A stretch of 62,428 nt of DNA, filler included. It is 4 parts of 4 records of this genome, joined end to end, with 100 filler letters (N's around TTAATTAATTAA, not from the genome) between each part and the next. Parts side by side here need not be neighbours in the genome. Positions count along the whole stretch, not along the records: positions 1 to 21,979 come from SRR22947727_6041; 3 more parts are not named here. One strand, given 5' to 3'. This document shows, piece by piece, positions 1 to 9,397 of the stretch; position 1 is the first letter of the stretch; each line of letters opens with the position of its first letter. The notes beneath the pieces are model-generated. The model worked only from the letters and a program-made list of their open reading frames with translations. It had not been told where the DNA came from and did not search any database. The position numbers and the translations under genes were made by a program.

Positions 1-652
1 CCACCGCATGCACCTCATCAAGATAGGTCATCGCGTTGTATTTCTCCGCCAGGTCACAGATTTCAGCAATGGGAGCAATGTCACCATCCATGGAATAGAC
101 GCTTTCAAAAGCAATCAGCTTCGGACGATCCAAAGGCTGCTGTGCCAATTTGGCCTCAAGATCGGCCAAATCATTATGCTTCCAAATTTTCCGTTCGGCT
201 TTTGAGTGGCGAATACCTTCAATCATCGACGCATGGTTCAAAGCATCAGAGAGCACCAAACAGTCCGGAATGCGCGCCGCCAAAGTGCCAAGCGCAGCCC
301 AGTTTGACACATAGCCAGAGGTGAATAACAGCGCGGCGGGTTTGCCGTGTAGATCGGCCAATTCCTCTTCAAGCTGCACGTGGTATTGGGTGGTGCCAGA
401 GATGTTACGCGTTCCGCCCGCCCCTGCGCCACAAGCGTCAATCGCGTCATGCATAGCGTTCAAGACAGTCGGGTGCTGCCCCATGCCGAGGTAATCGTTG
501 GAGCACCAAATCGTGACCTTCTGCGCATGTTCTGCTCGCGCCGTCGCATGGGGAAAATTGCCATTGTGGCGTTCTAGATTGGCAAACACACGATAGTCAC
601 CGCTTGTGCGCAGCTTGTCTAAAGAGGCTTTGAAAAACGCGTCATAATTCAT
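1..652 (-). CDS. hemA: 5-aminolevulinate synthase (3' end runs off the window; absent from the ORF track)
   Basis: Manual translation from ATG 652: [29 protein letters not shown]...[13 protein letters not shown]...[13 protein letters not shown]...YLDEVHAV; these are ALAS motifs and share one frame through to base 1. Confidence 0.93.
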   Translation of the reverse strand, partial: MNYDAFFKASLDKLRTSGDYRVFANLERHNGNFPHATARAEHAQKVTIWCSNDYLGMGQHPTVLNAMHDAIDACGAGAGGTRNISGTTQYHVQLEEELADLHGKPAALLFTSGYVSNWAALGTLAARIPDCLVLSDALNHASMIEGIRHSKAERKIWKHNDLADLEAKLAQQPLDRPKLIAFESVYSMDGDIAPIAEICDLAEKYNAMTYLDEVHAV

Positions 653-653
653 A

Positions 654-1106
654 TCACTCTCCAAGCGCGTCTTGTACCAAAGAGTCGAGCAAAGCTTGAA
701 CCTGCTGCATGATACCATCGGGGTATCTGCGATATCCAATCATCACTTCACCCGCTCGATCGGCGACGAAAATCGAATAGGGGCAATGGGCCACATTCAT
801 CGGATCGGCTTCCATCACACGGCGCGAGACAACCGCAGAGCAAAACAAAAAGATATCCGCCGCATCAAAAATCCTAACGTCGCTGCCAAGATCTTGACCC
901 GTCCGCTCCAGCATCTCACCTGTGTGGCTGACGTAATCGATCACCAAACCCGCGTCTAAAATCGCACTTTCAACGCTGAAGGTCGCGTCCTCGAACGTGC
1001 CATCAAAAGCATAGGTTATGGCAGGATTTTGCGCCAAAACGGGCGAGGATAGAGTGAGAGACAGAATGAGAGAGAGTCCAAACCCTAAACATGTCTTGCG
1101 CATCAT
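654..1106 (-). CDS. DUF302-family exported protein
   Basis: Signal peptide; FLFCSA...[10 protein letters not shown] pattern typical of DUF302; stop lies 1 nt from the hemA start. Confidence 0.75.
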   Translation of the reverse strand: MMRKTCLGFGLSLILSLTLSSPVLAQNPAITYAFDGTFEDATFSVESAILDAGLVIDYVSHTGEMLERTGQDLGSDVRIFDAADIFLFCSAVVSRRVMEADPMNVAHCPYSIFVADRAGEVMIGYRRYPDGIMQQVQALLDSLVQDALGE

Positions 1107-1135
1107 CTATCCCTGCCTTGTCCTGGGGGGTGTCC

Positions 1136-1582
1136 TTATGGACGCACCAAGGTCCAACCGTTTTCGTCAAGTGTCATCAGATCCACAACACCGGCTGGAA
1201 CTGTTTCCGCCATGGCCACAATCGGCGGCGCTTTGCCCTCTTTTTTCGTCATGCCGGCGATCGTATTGGAGCACGCCGCAAAGGTCACATTTGGCATCGA
1301 GGCACCAAAGCTCTGCAGGCGCTCCAGAACGGGCGAAGTGTCTTCGCGCAACATGTGCAGCCCAGCATTGAAAGCCACAACGCGCACTTCAATGGTCTCG
1401 CCGATACCTTCATAGTGGCGCACCACATTGGCAGCGACATTCAACACTGTATTCATTTTCTGCGGGTTATTGTCGCTGATTTGCAGCGCCAGCTTGTGAT
1501 CGGCCAGCCCATCCTGGGCCATAGCAGCTGCCCCAATCACACAGGACAGCAAGAAAGCTGAGAGTTTCATTACAAGTCGCAT
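1136..1582 (-). CDS. DsrE-like exported protein
   Basis: Signal peptide; VLNVAANV...VRVVAFNAGLHML...FAACSNT...VPAGVVDL...GWTLVRP matches the DsrE/DsrF-like (YchN-type) pattern with one Cys; GGGAG RBS. Confidence 0.75.
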   Translation of the reverse strand: MRLVMKLSAFLLSCVIGAAAMAQDGLADHKLALQISDNNPQKMNTVLNVAANVVRHYEGIGETIEVRVVAFNAGLHMLREDTSPVLERLQSFGASMPNVTFAACSNTIAGMTKKEGKAPPIVAMAETVPAGVVDLMTLDENGWTLVRP

Positions 1583-1605
1583 CGTTGATCTCCCTGAATA
1601 AAAGG

Positions 1606-1635
1606 GGTTTGAGGCAGGCCAGCCCGCCTCAAACC
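1606..1635 (-). terminator. Probable intrinsic terminator or stabilising hairpin after soxD
   Basis: GGTTTGAGGC/GCCTCAAACC 10-bp inverted repeat, followed by CCTTTT on the minus strand. Confidence 0.6.
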
Positions 1636-1655
1636 GGTGATATCATCGTGCAGTC

Positions 1656-2684
1656 TTACTCGAAGGTTTTCAAGTATTCGACAACGGCGGCTTGATCCGC
1701 CTCCTTGCGAAGCCCGGCAAAGGACATTTTTGTGCCCTTGAGATAGGCCTTTGGTTTCGCCAAAAATGCTGTCAATTCCGCTTCAGACCAAATTAATCCA
1801 TCCTGAGCTGCATCGCGCAGCGCTTTGGAGTATTTGAAACCCTCCACAGATCCCGCAGCCGCGCCCACAACACCGTTAAGAACCGGGCCAGAGCGGTTTT
1901 TCGCTTTCTCACCAACCTGATGGCAAGATTTGCATTTCTTGAACACTTTCTCACCGGCAGCCGCCAGCTCCATATCAATTGCAGGGGCCTCCGGCTCAGG
2001 GGCCGCTTCTGGCGCGGCGGAGGCACTAGCCTCAGTGGCGCCCGAATTTGTATCCAGCTCAGGTGTCACATCCAAGACCAATGCGCGCATAGTGATTTCA
2101 ACGCTGTCTTTGCAATCTGTCATGCAAGGCTCGCCTGACCAAATCGCATATTCTGCCTCAGCGCGGTCATCTACGATGAAACCATCCGCATTTGGCATTT
2201 CGAAATCCATGAAATTCTCATCGGATAATACGTAGTCATCCTCGATCAAGTCATTGGAATAAAGAATATAAGCCACGATTGCATAGACTTCGTCATCACT
2301 TAATGTGCCGGCGTTGCCGTAGGGCATGGAGCGTTTAATGTAATCATAGGCAGTGGTCAAATGAGGCCAGTAAGATCCCACGGTTTTCAACGGATCCTCA
2401 TGATCCAGCGTATCGGCGCCCCCTGCCAATTTTGGCCAATTGTCGATGCCTTCGGCGAAATCCCCATGACAGGCCGCACATTTCTCAGCGAAAATCTCTT
2501 CGCCATCTAGCGCGTCTCCAGACCCGACAGGCAGACCATCTCCCTTAGCATTGATGTCCCAATCCCAAGCGGCAATTTCAGCGGGCAAAGCGGCCCGGCC
2601 CAAGCCAAGTTTTTCGGCCATAACAGGAGCGGCCAGGCAGGAGGCGGTCAAAGCGATGGTTAAGGATTTAAGATACTTCGACAT
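1656..2684 (-). CDS. soxD: Sulfur dehydrogenase dihaem cytochrome c subunit SoxD
   Basis: Start re-assigned to ATG 2684 (MSKYLKSL, signal peptide, GGAGG RBS); CAACH and CKSCH haem motifs; KTVGSYWP motif; Ala/Pro/Glu linker before a c2-like domain. Confidence 0.93.
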   Translation of the reverse strand: MSKYLKSLTIALTASCLAAPVMAEKLGLGRAALPAEIAAWDWDINAKGDGLPVGSGDALDGEEIFAEKCAACHGDFAEGIDNWPKLAGGADTLDHEDPLKTVGSYWPHLTTAYDYIKRSMPYGNAGTLSDDEVYAIVAYILYSNDLIEDDYVLSDENFMDFEMPNADGFIVDDRAEAEYAIWSGEPCMTDCKDSVEITMRALVLDVTPELDTNSGATEASASAAPEAAPEPEAPAIDMELAAAGEKVFKKCKSCHQVGEKAKNRSGPVLNGVVGAAAGSVEGFKYSKALRDAAQDGLIWSEAELTAFLAKPKAYLKGTKMSFAGLRKEADQAAVVEYLKTFE

Positions 2685-3936
2685 TTTCTGCCTCCCCGTT
2701 TTCACGCACCCACCAAGTTTGAATGCAATTATTGTGATAGATTGAGTTGAGACCGCGCACCTCGCGGAGCTGTGCTTTGGTCGGCTGCACATAGCCCGTC
2801 TCATCCATGGCCCGCGATTGCAAAAGCATTTCCGAGCCATCCCAATCCACATCCAGATAAAAGCGGGTGAGCGCCATTTTCTCGCCAGGCTTGGCCAAGC
2901 GGGCGGTTTCCCAGGTCTTGCCCCCGTCTCTGGACACATCCACGCGGGTGATGGCACCATTTCCAGACCAAGCCAGCCCGGTGATCACCAAAGGCCCTTT
3001 GCCATGGGTGATGGGGGCTTGTGGGCTTGGAGAGGTCACAACAGATTTCGCATCCATGGCCCATGTCCATTTCCGGCTGGTGCCGTCCTCAAGCGTATCG
3101 GTATATTTTGACGTTTCCTCGCGGGATTCTACCGGCTCATTGGTCACCTCAATACGGCGGATCCATTTGACCCACATATTGCCTTCCCAACCGGGCACAA
3201 CCAAACGCACCGGATAGCCATGCTCTTTGCGCAGGGCTTCGCCATTGGCCTTGAAGGCCACCAGAACATCGTCCAAAGCCTTTTCCATGGGAATAGAGCG
3301 CCCGTTCGATGAGGCATCCGCCCCTTCGACAAAGACCCATTTGCCCGCTGTGTCATACCCGGCTTCTTGCAAAAGCAGGCGCAGCGGCACACCGGTATAT
3401 TCCATATTGTGGATCATACCATGGGTGAACTGCGCGCCATTGAGCTGCGCGCCGGCCCATTCCATGCCCGTATTGGCCGCGCATTCGCAGAAATACACAT
3501 GGTTTTCCCGTGGAAAGCGCTCCAAATCTTCATAGGTAAATACCAAAGGCGTATCAACCAACCCATTGATCATCAAACGGTAATCACTTTTCTTAAGGTC
3601 AATCGCGCCAGAGTGGTGACGCTCAAAAGCGCAGCCCTGCGGTGTGATCGTGCCATCGAGTGCATGGATCGGTGTGAAATTGATCGAACTGACCGTATCG
3701 GCGGTCAACCACTCCACATTGCGGCGGATAACATCCCCCTCATATTCAATCGGCAAACCATAAGGCGTGGCATCAACACCATCGCCGAAGCTTTGCGCCC
3801 AGTCTTGGGGCTCGACAATCAAGGGATCCGCAGTTTGCGCCCGCGCTGCGGAAGAGGTCACAACCCCTGCCCCAACTGCCGCGGCGCCACTCAAAAACGC
3901 CCGGCGGGATGGTTTTTTGACGTTATATGTCGACAT
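2668..3936 (-). CDS. soxC: Sulfur dehydrogenase molybdopterin subunit SoxC
   Basis: Tat signal SRRAFL; FERHHSG, CECAANTG, EHGYPVRL, YHNNCIQTW sulfite-oxidase-family motifs; position in the sox operon. Confidence 0.95.
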   Translation of the reverse strand: MSTYNVKKPSRRAFLSGAAAVGAGVVTSSAARAQTADPLIVEPQDWAQSFGDGVDATPYGLPIEYEGDVIRRNVEWLTADTVSSINFTPIHALDGTITPQGCAFERHHSGAIDLKKSDYRLMINGLVDTPLVFTYEDLERFPRENHVYFCECAANTGMEWAGAQLNGAQFTHGMIHNMEYTGVPLRLLLQEAGYDTAGKWVFVEGADASSNGRSIPMEKALDDVLVAFKANGEALRKEHGYPVRLVVPGWEGNMWVKWIRRIEVTNEPVESREETSKYTDTLEDGTSRKWTWAMDAKSVVTSPSPQAPITHGKGPLVITGLAWSGNGAITRVDVSRDGGKTWETARLAKPGEKMALTRFYLDVDWDGSEMLLQSRAMDETGYVQPTKAQLREVRGLNSIYHNNCIQTWWVRENGEAENVEVS

Positions 3937-3966
3937 AGTATTTTCCTTCAATCACACAGAGCCGCC

Positions 3967-5670
3967 TTAGGCCCCGATAACCTCAACAGAGTTGTTCGGA
4001 TCCAATGAGATCGTCCCTTGCTTGCGGATATGATTTTCCACCACATCCCAAATTTGCGGCCCCTCAGTGCCTTCGTTCACACTGGCCCAACCGGCAATTG
4101 TGTAGCTTTTCGCAGCTTCGATCTTCTCACCCGTTTTCAATAAAGTCATATCGGTGATCCGCTGACCCTGGGGTTTGTTGATATCGATGCGATAACCAAG
4201 GCCGCCAACCCGCACCATATCCCCGCCTTGCTGATAGTAAGGATCCGGGTTGAACAGGTTGTCGGCCACATCTTCCAAGACCACATGCAGGAATTCACCG
4301 GTCATCTCGGTTCGATAAGCCTCACCGTAAGACATTGAAGTTACATTCCAAATATCTTCGCGAGTAATATCTTGGCCAGGAAGAATCGATGGACCCCAGC
4401 GCACGCCGGGCGACAAGGCAATGTCCGCATCCCGCTCTTCAATCAATGCATTACAAATGAGATCATCCCATGTGCCATTGAAATTGCCGCGGCGATAAAG
4501 CGTTTGATCCTCTGCTGTGCGGCCAATGACTTCGCGCAGCTCCGTCTCATAGGGAGCGCGCTGCGCGTCAATGACTTTTGCAACTTCCACATCTGGCTCA
4601 ATCACATCTGAGAAGATTGGAATCAGCTTGTGACGGAAGCCCATCATCTGGCCGTTGCGCACGTCCAGATCCACGCGGCTGACGAATTTTCCGTTAGAGC
4701 CGGACGCCACGATGATGGTTTTTCCCACCAATACAGGTTCGGGCAAGGCGTCATGGGTATGGCCAGAAAGGATCACATCAATCCCTGTCACAATGCCAGC
4801 CATTTGTTTGTCCACATCAAAGCCATTGTGGCTGAGACAGACCACCAGATCGGCCCCATTGGCGCGGACCTCATCCACCATCGCTTGCATATTCTCATCG
4901 CGGATACCGAAGGCATACTCGGGGAACATCCAGCCGGGATTGGCGATGGGCATATAGGGGAAGGCCTGACCAATCACGGCAACTTTCACCCCACCGGTTT
5001 CAAAGAACTTATAGGGCGGGAACATGTCGGTCGGCTCATCCCATTCGCTGTCAAAAATATTCTGGCCCAAAGCCGCGAAAGGCAGCCCTTCGACAATCTC
5101 ATTGACCCGCTCGCTGCCCAGGGTGAACTCCCAATGGAAGGTCATCGCATCAGGCCGCAAGGCATTCATAACATTGACCATATCCTGCCCGGCGGTTTTG
5201 TGGCAGGTGTAAGAGCCATGCCAAGTATCCCCCCCATCCAGCAGCAAAGCATCGGGACGCTCGGCGCGGATATGATTGATGACAGTGGCGACACGATCCA
5301 ATCCACCAACGCGCCCATAGCCCTTGGCCAGAGAGGAAAAATCATCATACGTCAGCGCATAGGCCGAGGCGCTGCCGTCATTAATGCCATAGAGCTTGCG
5401 AAAATCTGCCCCGGTGACATGCGGCACCTGTCCGCGATTGCCACCGACACCGATATTGATCTCAGGTTCGCGGAAGAAGATGGGTTTCATCTGAGCGTGA
5501 ATATCTGTCACATGGATCAAAGAGACATTGCCGAAGGTATCAAATTCGAGCAGCTTACTTTGGGTCAAGGATTGTTGTGCGGCCAGCCGGCCCCAGTTGC
5601 CAAAGCCAGATCCACCGTAAAGCGCGGCCGCGGCCATAGTGGTTTGCAAAAAATCACGACGAGATATCAT
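3967..5670 (-). CDS. soxB: Thiosulfohydrolase SoxB
   Basis: Tat signal MISRRDFL; TDIHAQ, LLDGGDTWHGS, TFHWEF, LSHNG, GHTHD metal-binding motifs; NPDPYYQQGGDMVR. Confidence 0.97.
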   Translation of the reverse strand: MISRRDFLQTTMAAAALYGGSGFGNWGRLAAQQSLTQSKLLEFDTFGNVSLIHVTDIHAQMKPIFFREPEINIGVGGNRGQVPHVTGADFRKLYGINDGSASAYALTYDDFSSLAKGYGRVGGLDRVATVINHIRAERPDALLLDGGDTWHGSYTCHKTAGQDMVNVMNALRPDAMTFHWEFTLGSERVNEIVEGLPFAALGQNIFDSEWDEPTDMFPPYKFFETGGVKVAVIGQAFPYMPIANPGWMFPEYAFGIRDENMQAMVDEVRANGADLVVCLSHNGFDVDKQMAGIVTGIDVILSGHTHDALPEPVLVGKTIIVASGSNGKFVSRVDLDVRNGQMMGFRHKLIPIFSDVIEPDVEVAKVIDAQRAPYETELREVIGRTAEDQTLYRRGNFNGTWDDLICNALIEERDADIALSPGVRWGPSILPGQDITREDIWNVTSMSYGEAYRTEMTGEFLHVVLEDVADNLFNPDPYYQQGGDMVRVGGLGYRIDINKPQGQRITDMTLLKTGEKIEAAKSYTIAGWASVNEGTEGPQIWDVVENHIRKQGTISLDPNNSVEVIGA

Positions 5671-5723
5671 TTCGGTCCTCACATCCGCGCCACACATGCA
5701 CGATAATGAATTCGTTTAACTGT

Positions 5724-5758
5724 AAAAGAACCCATGGCCCTCATAGGACATGGGTTCT
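5724..5758 (-). terminator. Hairpin with short U-tract between soxA and soxB
   Basis: AGAACCCATG (5727-5736) / CATGGGTTCT (5749-5758) inverted repeat; T-run follows on the minus strand. Confidence 0.55.
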
Positions 5759-5769
5759 CAAGATTTATA

Positions 5770-6606
5770 TTAGTTGCGGACCGATGGGGTCTCTACAGAC
5801 AGACCGTTCCCACGCGCCGCGAGATACAGCTCAAGAGCCCTAAATTCATCGCCGCCCACCTTAAAGGGTGTCGCCCGAATATTTTCCATACAGCCTTTGA
5901 AACGCCCATGCGCAGAGTTCAGCTTAGCATTTTTCAAACGGTATGTTGGAAAGCCGTTGATTTGACCTTGGCTCAGGTGATCGGCGCGGATCATCACGCC
6001 GTAATTGTCTTCATGACAATTTGAGCAGGCCATATCCAATTGACCAACACGCTGGTAATAGAGGTCCTTACCCCGTTCAAAGAACGGCGCCGCATCACCA
6101 TCAACCGCGACATTAATCGACATGCCGCGCGATTGCAGCCCAATCAAAGCGGTCACAGAGGTCATTTGACCACCGGAATACTTCCAAGGCTCCGCACCCA
6201 TACGGTCAGTGCGGCATTCATTGACCAGATCTTCCATGGTGACCAATTCGCCATTCTCCACCCGTGGCAGAGTTGGACGCAGGCCAGCAAAATCGGCTAC
6301 ATCTTCGTGACAGCTTGCACAGGCCTTGCCTTCGGACCCTTCAACCTTATCAAACAAATCAACGCCTTGATCGACGAAAACGAAGGACGGATTCTCGAAA
6401 TCATCCATTTGCAGAACCTGGGTTTCACCCGATCTAAAGTGCCAACCAGAATAGACCGTATCGAGGTTTTCAGCAAAGGCTGGCGCATCGGCCCGGGTCT
6501 TAATAACTTCCCCGTCTACCGACAATGTCGCGTCATCTTGTGCAGACGCAAAACCAGCGGACAAAGCGACAATGGCTGCACTCGTTAGTAAAGTCTTGAA
6601 TTCCAT
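5770..6606 (-). CDS. soxA: Dihaem cytochrome SoxA
   Basis: CASCH and CSNCH; IRADHLSQGQINGFPTYRL; RFKGC active-site Cys; C-terminal PSVRN. Confidence 0.96.
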   Translation of the reverse strand: MEFKTLLTSAAIVALSAGFASAQDDATLSVDGEVIKTRADAPAFAENLDTVYSGWHFRSGETQVLQMDDFENPSFVFVDQGVDLFDKVEGSEGKACASCHEDVADFAGLRPTLPRVENGELVTMEDLVNECRTDRMGAEPWKYSGGQMTSVTALIGLQSRGMSINVAVDGDAAPFFERGKDLYYQRVGQLDMACSNCHEDNYGVMIRADHLSQGQINGFPTYRLKNAKLNSAHGRFKGCMENIRATPFKVGGDEFRALELYLAARGNGLSVETPSVRN

Positions 6607-6633
6607 TTTCAGTCCTCCCTAGACCACAAGATG

Positions 6634-6963
6634 TTAGGCTATTTTTATTTTCTTTGAGGTCTCATAGACAGAACCATCGTCGTCATACCAAGTGAATTTG
6701 AACTCACCGGCTTCACGCACCATGGCATCAAATTGGAAATATGGATTCGTTGAAATCGCAGGTTCCAAAGTCACATCGATGATATTTTGACCATTAAAGT
6801 CGGCTACAAACCGATTGATAATTGAGCGCGGGATGATGTTTCCGTCGCCATCTTTGCGCACACCGGATTCCATTTTATGGCTGATCAAAGTCTTGATCGT
6901 GATCACATCACCTGCTGCGGCCGATTTTGGAACCTTAACGCGCGGTTTTACACCTTTCGCCAT
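6634..6963 (-). CDS. soxZ: Sulfur carrier subunit SoxZ
   Basis: LISHKMESG-RKD, ISTNPYFQF, W-DDDG motifs. Confidence 0.96.
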   Translation of the reverse strand: MAKGVKPRVKVPKSAAAGDVITIKTLISHKMESGVRKDGDGNIIPRSIINRFVADFNGQNIIDVTLEPAISTNPYFQFDAMVREAGEFKFTWYDDDGSVYETSKKIKIA

Positions 6964-6988
6964 CAGTACTTCTCCTTAAATTCTAAGT

Positions 6989-7411
6989 TTAGCCGCCGCA
7001 GCCGCCGATTGTTACTTTTACAGTGGCACCCGCTTGGCGGAATGAGCCATCTTCCATTTTCGCCACAGCAACCACGTCTTGGGTCTTTGCCAAACGAATC
7101 CGCGTCGCACCGGACCGCGCGCCAGCCATTGGACCGAAATTAAATGTGGCGACGGCTGGCGTCGGGTTGCCCGTTGCCAACAGCATGATGGACACGGCGC
7201 CGGGCGCTGTGACCGATACGGGCACAGTGTTGCCATTTTCGGCGATTTCAGGGGCTGTCAGCTCAATGCCGCCCTCTGCAACGCTGGCGCCGCCAGTAAA
7301 GGCCGCAATTGCATCATCAGTTTTCGATGCAAAGGCGGGCATCCCTGCGAAACTCGCAGCGGCAAATGCGCCGGATCCGAGGGCCAGAATGTTTCGTCTC
7401 GTAAATTCCAT
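6989..7411 (-). CDS. soxY: Sulfur carrier subunit SoxY
   Basis: Tat signal TRRNIL; APEIAENG; C-terminal VKVTIGGCGG swinging arm. Confidence 0.98.
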   Translation of the reverse strand: MEFTRRNILALGSGAFAAASFAGMPAFASKTDDAIAAFTGGASVAEGGIELTAPEIAENGNTVPVSVTAPGAVSIMLLATGNPTPAVATFNFGPMAGARSGATRIRLAKTQDVVAVAKMEDGSFRQAGATVKVTIGGCGG

Positions 7412-7440
7412 GTTATGTCTCCCTGATCTTAGTCAGATCT

Positions 7441-7890
7441 TTAGTCTTTAAGGGTCAAAAGATATGCCACCACATCTTCAACTTGTTGGGCTGTCAGAAT
7501 CGATTTGCCATCGAATTTTTTGAGCGGGCGCTCATATCCGCTATCGATGTAGAAAGCTGGCATAATCGTACCATCGAACATCATCTTGGCGTTGACCACG
7601 ATCCCGCGCAATTCAGCCGCTTCCCAGCGATCACCAACGCCGGTCAGTGGCGGGCCGACTTCCCCGTGAAACTGCTGCTCTGGCATGTCATCATTCGTAT
7701 GACAGGCAAGGCAGTTGCCCAGTTTGCGGTTCATAAAGGTTTTACGACCTGCGGCAGCATCCCCAGTAGAACCGCTCAAAGAGGCCATCACAGAGCCATC
7801 CTCAAACGCGACATTAATCGGAGCAGTTTCCGCAACAGCGCTTGTCACACTCAACACCGACACGGCGGCGATTGTAAAAATATTTCTCAT
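7441..7890 (-). CDS. soxX: Monohaem cytochrome SoxX
   Basis: GNCLACH; GEVGPPL; TIMPAF; LTAQQVEDVVAYLLTLK. Confidence 0.95.
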   Translation of the reverse strand: MRNIFTIAAVSVLSVTSAVAETAPINVAFEDGSVMASLSGSTGDAAAGRKTFMNRKLGNCLACHTNDDMPEQQFHGEVGPPLTGVGDRWEAAELRGIVVNAKMMFDGTIMPAFYIDSGYERPLKKFDGKSILTAQQVEDVVAYLLTLKD

Positions 7891-7955
7891 GCGTCCTCCC
7901 GAAACACTTTTTTAATTATGTGTACCGTAGTCTACCAAAAGGGTGTCAATCAACC

Positions 7956-7979
7956 ATAAATTCACTTTTATGAATTTAT
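7956..7979. promoter_or_regulatory. Candidate SoxR operator (soxW-soxX intergenic)
   Basis: Perfect inverted repeat ATAAATTCA-N6-TGAATTTAT just upstream of a minus-strand TTGACA (7944-7949). Confidence 0.65.
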
Positions 7980-8016
7980 TATTTCTGACGGACCTCCAAA
8001 TAGGCCTCGAAAACTG

Positions 8017-8574
8017 CTAACTTTGCTCGGCAAACTTGCGGGCATGGTACTTTTGAAAACTCTCTTCGCCGTCATAACCATGTTCAACAACCCAGTTTAA
8101 CATATTGAATGTCGTGTGTTTTCCAAAGGCTCCGGGCATATTGGCCACAGCGGCCTGGCTGGCGGTGACATCGTCTGCCACCTCTTCAGGGAAAAACAGG
8201 AGTGACGGAGTAAACAGCGCGCCCCAACGGCGAACCATATCTTTTTCCGGCAAGACAGTCCCGTCAAAGTCCGTCACTTCGACGTCTCCAAACATATTTA
8301 TCTGCACAACGAAGAAGTTTTCGTCGATATAATCGGCGATCTTGGCCACAGGAAAAACTTCTTCATGCATTTTCTTACAATAGATACAGCCGCGCTGCTC
8401 AATGATCACCATGAGCCGTTTGCCTTCGGCATTTGCGTCAGCCAGATCCTCTGACAGATCTTTGAACGTGTCTCGCATCCACGGCGCCTTATGCAAACCA
8501 TCGTCACCCATTTCGGCGAACCCCATGGTTGCACTCATGAAAACAACGGCGGCGGCCAATAATAAACGTGTCAT
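8017..8574 (-). CDS. soxW: Periplasmic thioredoxin SoxW
   Basis: Signal peptide; EQRGCIYC; FGDVEVTDFDG; FTP cis-Pro motif. Confidence 0.92.
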   Translation of the reverse strand: MTRLLLAAAVVFMSATMGFAEMGDDGLHKAPWMRDTFKDLSEDLADANAEGKRLMVIIEQRGCIYCKKMHEEVFPVAKIADYIDENFFVVQINMFGDVEVTDFDGTVLPEKDMVRRWGALFTPSLLFFPEEVADDVTASQAAVANMPGAFGKHTTFNMLNWVVEHGYDGEESFQKYHARKFAEQS

Positions 8575-8586
8575 TGCAGTCCCTTC

Positions 8587-9327
8587 CTATCCGATACGCC
8601 CAAAACTGGGCACAAGTTCTAACATCCATTGCGCGATATAGTTCATAGAATTTGTCGCGATAAGCAATCCAAAAACAATCAAAAACACACCCATTGCTTT
8701 TTCAACCAGCCCCAAGTGCCGCCGAAACCGCGCCATCCAGCGCATGAATGGAGCAATGAAGAAGGCCGCAATGATGAAGGGCAATGTCATTCCCAGCCCA
8801 TAGGCCAAGAGCAGCAAGGCCCCATTCCAAGCCGTTTCCGCACCAGCTGCGGTAAACAAAATCGCCGCCAGAACCGGACCGACACAAGGGGTCCAGCCAA
8901 AGGCAAAGGCCAGACCAACCACATAGGAGCCGATCAGGCTGAGGTTCGACATTTTCCCGGTATCAAAACTCATCTGCCGATAGAGCAGAGCGATCTTGAT
9001 AACCCCTAGGAAATGTAAACCCATGGTGATGATAATGGCAGCCGCCACCCAGCGCAGAATATCGAAATATTCGCGCACAACCTGTCCAAAGCTGGTCGCC
9101 GCAGCGCCAAGCCCCATGAAAATAGTGATCACACCGGCCGCAAAAAACATGGCCGCAAGCACTGCACGGCGTCGCGTGGCGCTATCAATCTCTGACTCGC
9201 TGCTGATTTGGTTCATGCCAACCCCAGCCAGATAACTCAGATAAAACGGCACAATTGGCAAAATACAGGGAGAAACGAAAGATAACAGCCCCGCCAAAAA
9301 TGCTGAAACAATGGAAATGTCGAACAT
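8587..9327 (-). CDS. soxV: CcdA-type membrane disulfide reductase SoxV
   Basis: LSFVSPCILP and FGWTPCVGP motifs; multiple TM helices. Confidence 0.92.
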   Translation of the reverse strand: MFDISIVSAFLAGLLSFVSPCILPIVPFYLSYLAGVGMNQISSESEIDSATRRRAVLAAMFFAAGVITIFMGLGAAATSFGQVVREYFDILRWVAAAIIITMGLHFLGVIKIALLYRQMSFDTGKMSNLSLIGSYVVGLAFAFGWTPCVGPVLAAILFTAAGAETAWNGALLLLAYGLGMTLPFIIAAFFIAPFMRWMARFRRHLGLVEKAMGVFLIVFGLLIATNSMNYIAQWMLELVPSFGRIG

Positions 9328-9352
9328 GAGGCGTCACCTATATTGCAATTTG

Positions 9353-9378
9353 ATAAATTCATATTACAATTTATGAAT
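9353..9378. promoter_or_regulatory. Candidate SoxR operator in the divergent soxV/soxS promoter
   Basis: ATTCATA-N8-TATGAAT inverted repeat (9357-9378); shares ATAAATTCA and TTTATGAAT with the site at 7956-7979. Confidence 0.65.
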
Positions 9379-9397
9379 ACGAAAGGTCAATTTCCAA

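Noticed and set aside
2685-2960. 92-aa N-terminal extension of SoxD in the ORF track
   Set aside because: Lies inside soxC in another frame; the true start is ATG 2684 with RBS and signal peptide
4630-5706. 358-aa + strand ORF, and similar long antisense ORFs (3367-4008, 32250-33113)
   Set aside because: Antisense shadows of well-supported genes in GC-rich codon usage; no recognisable motifs
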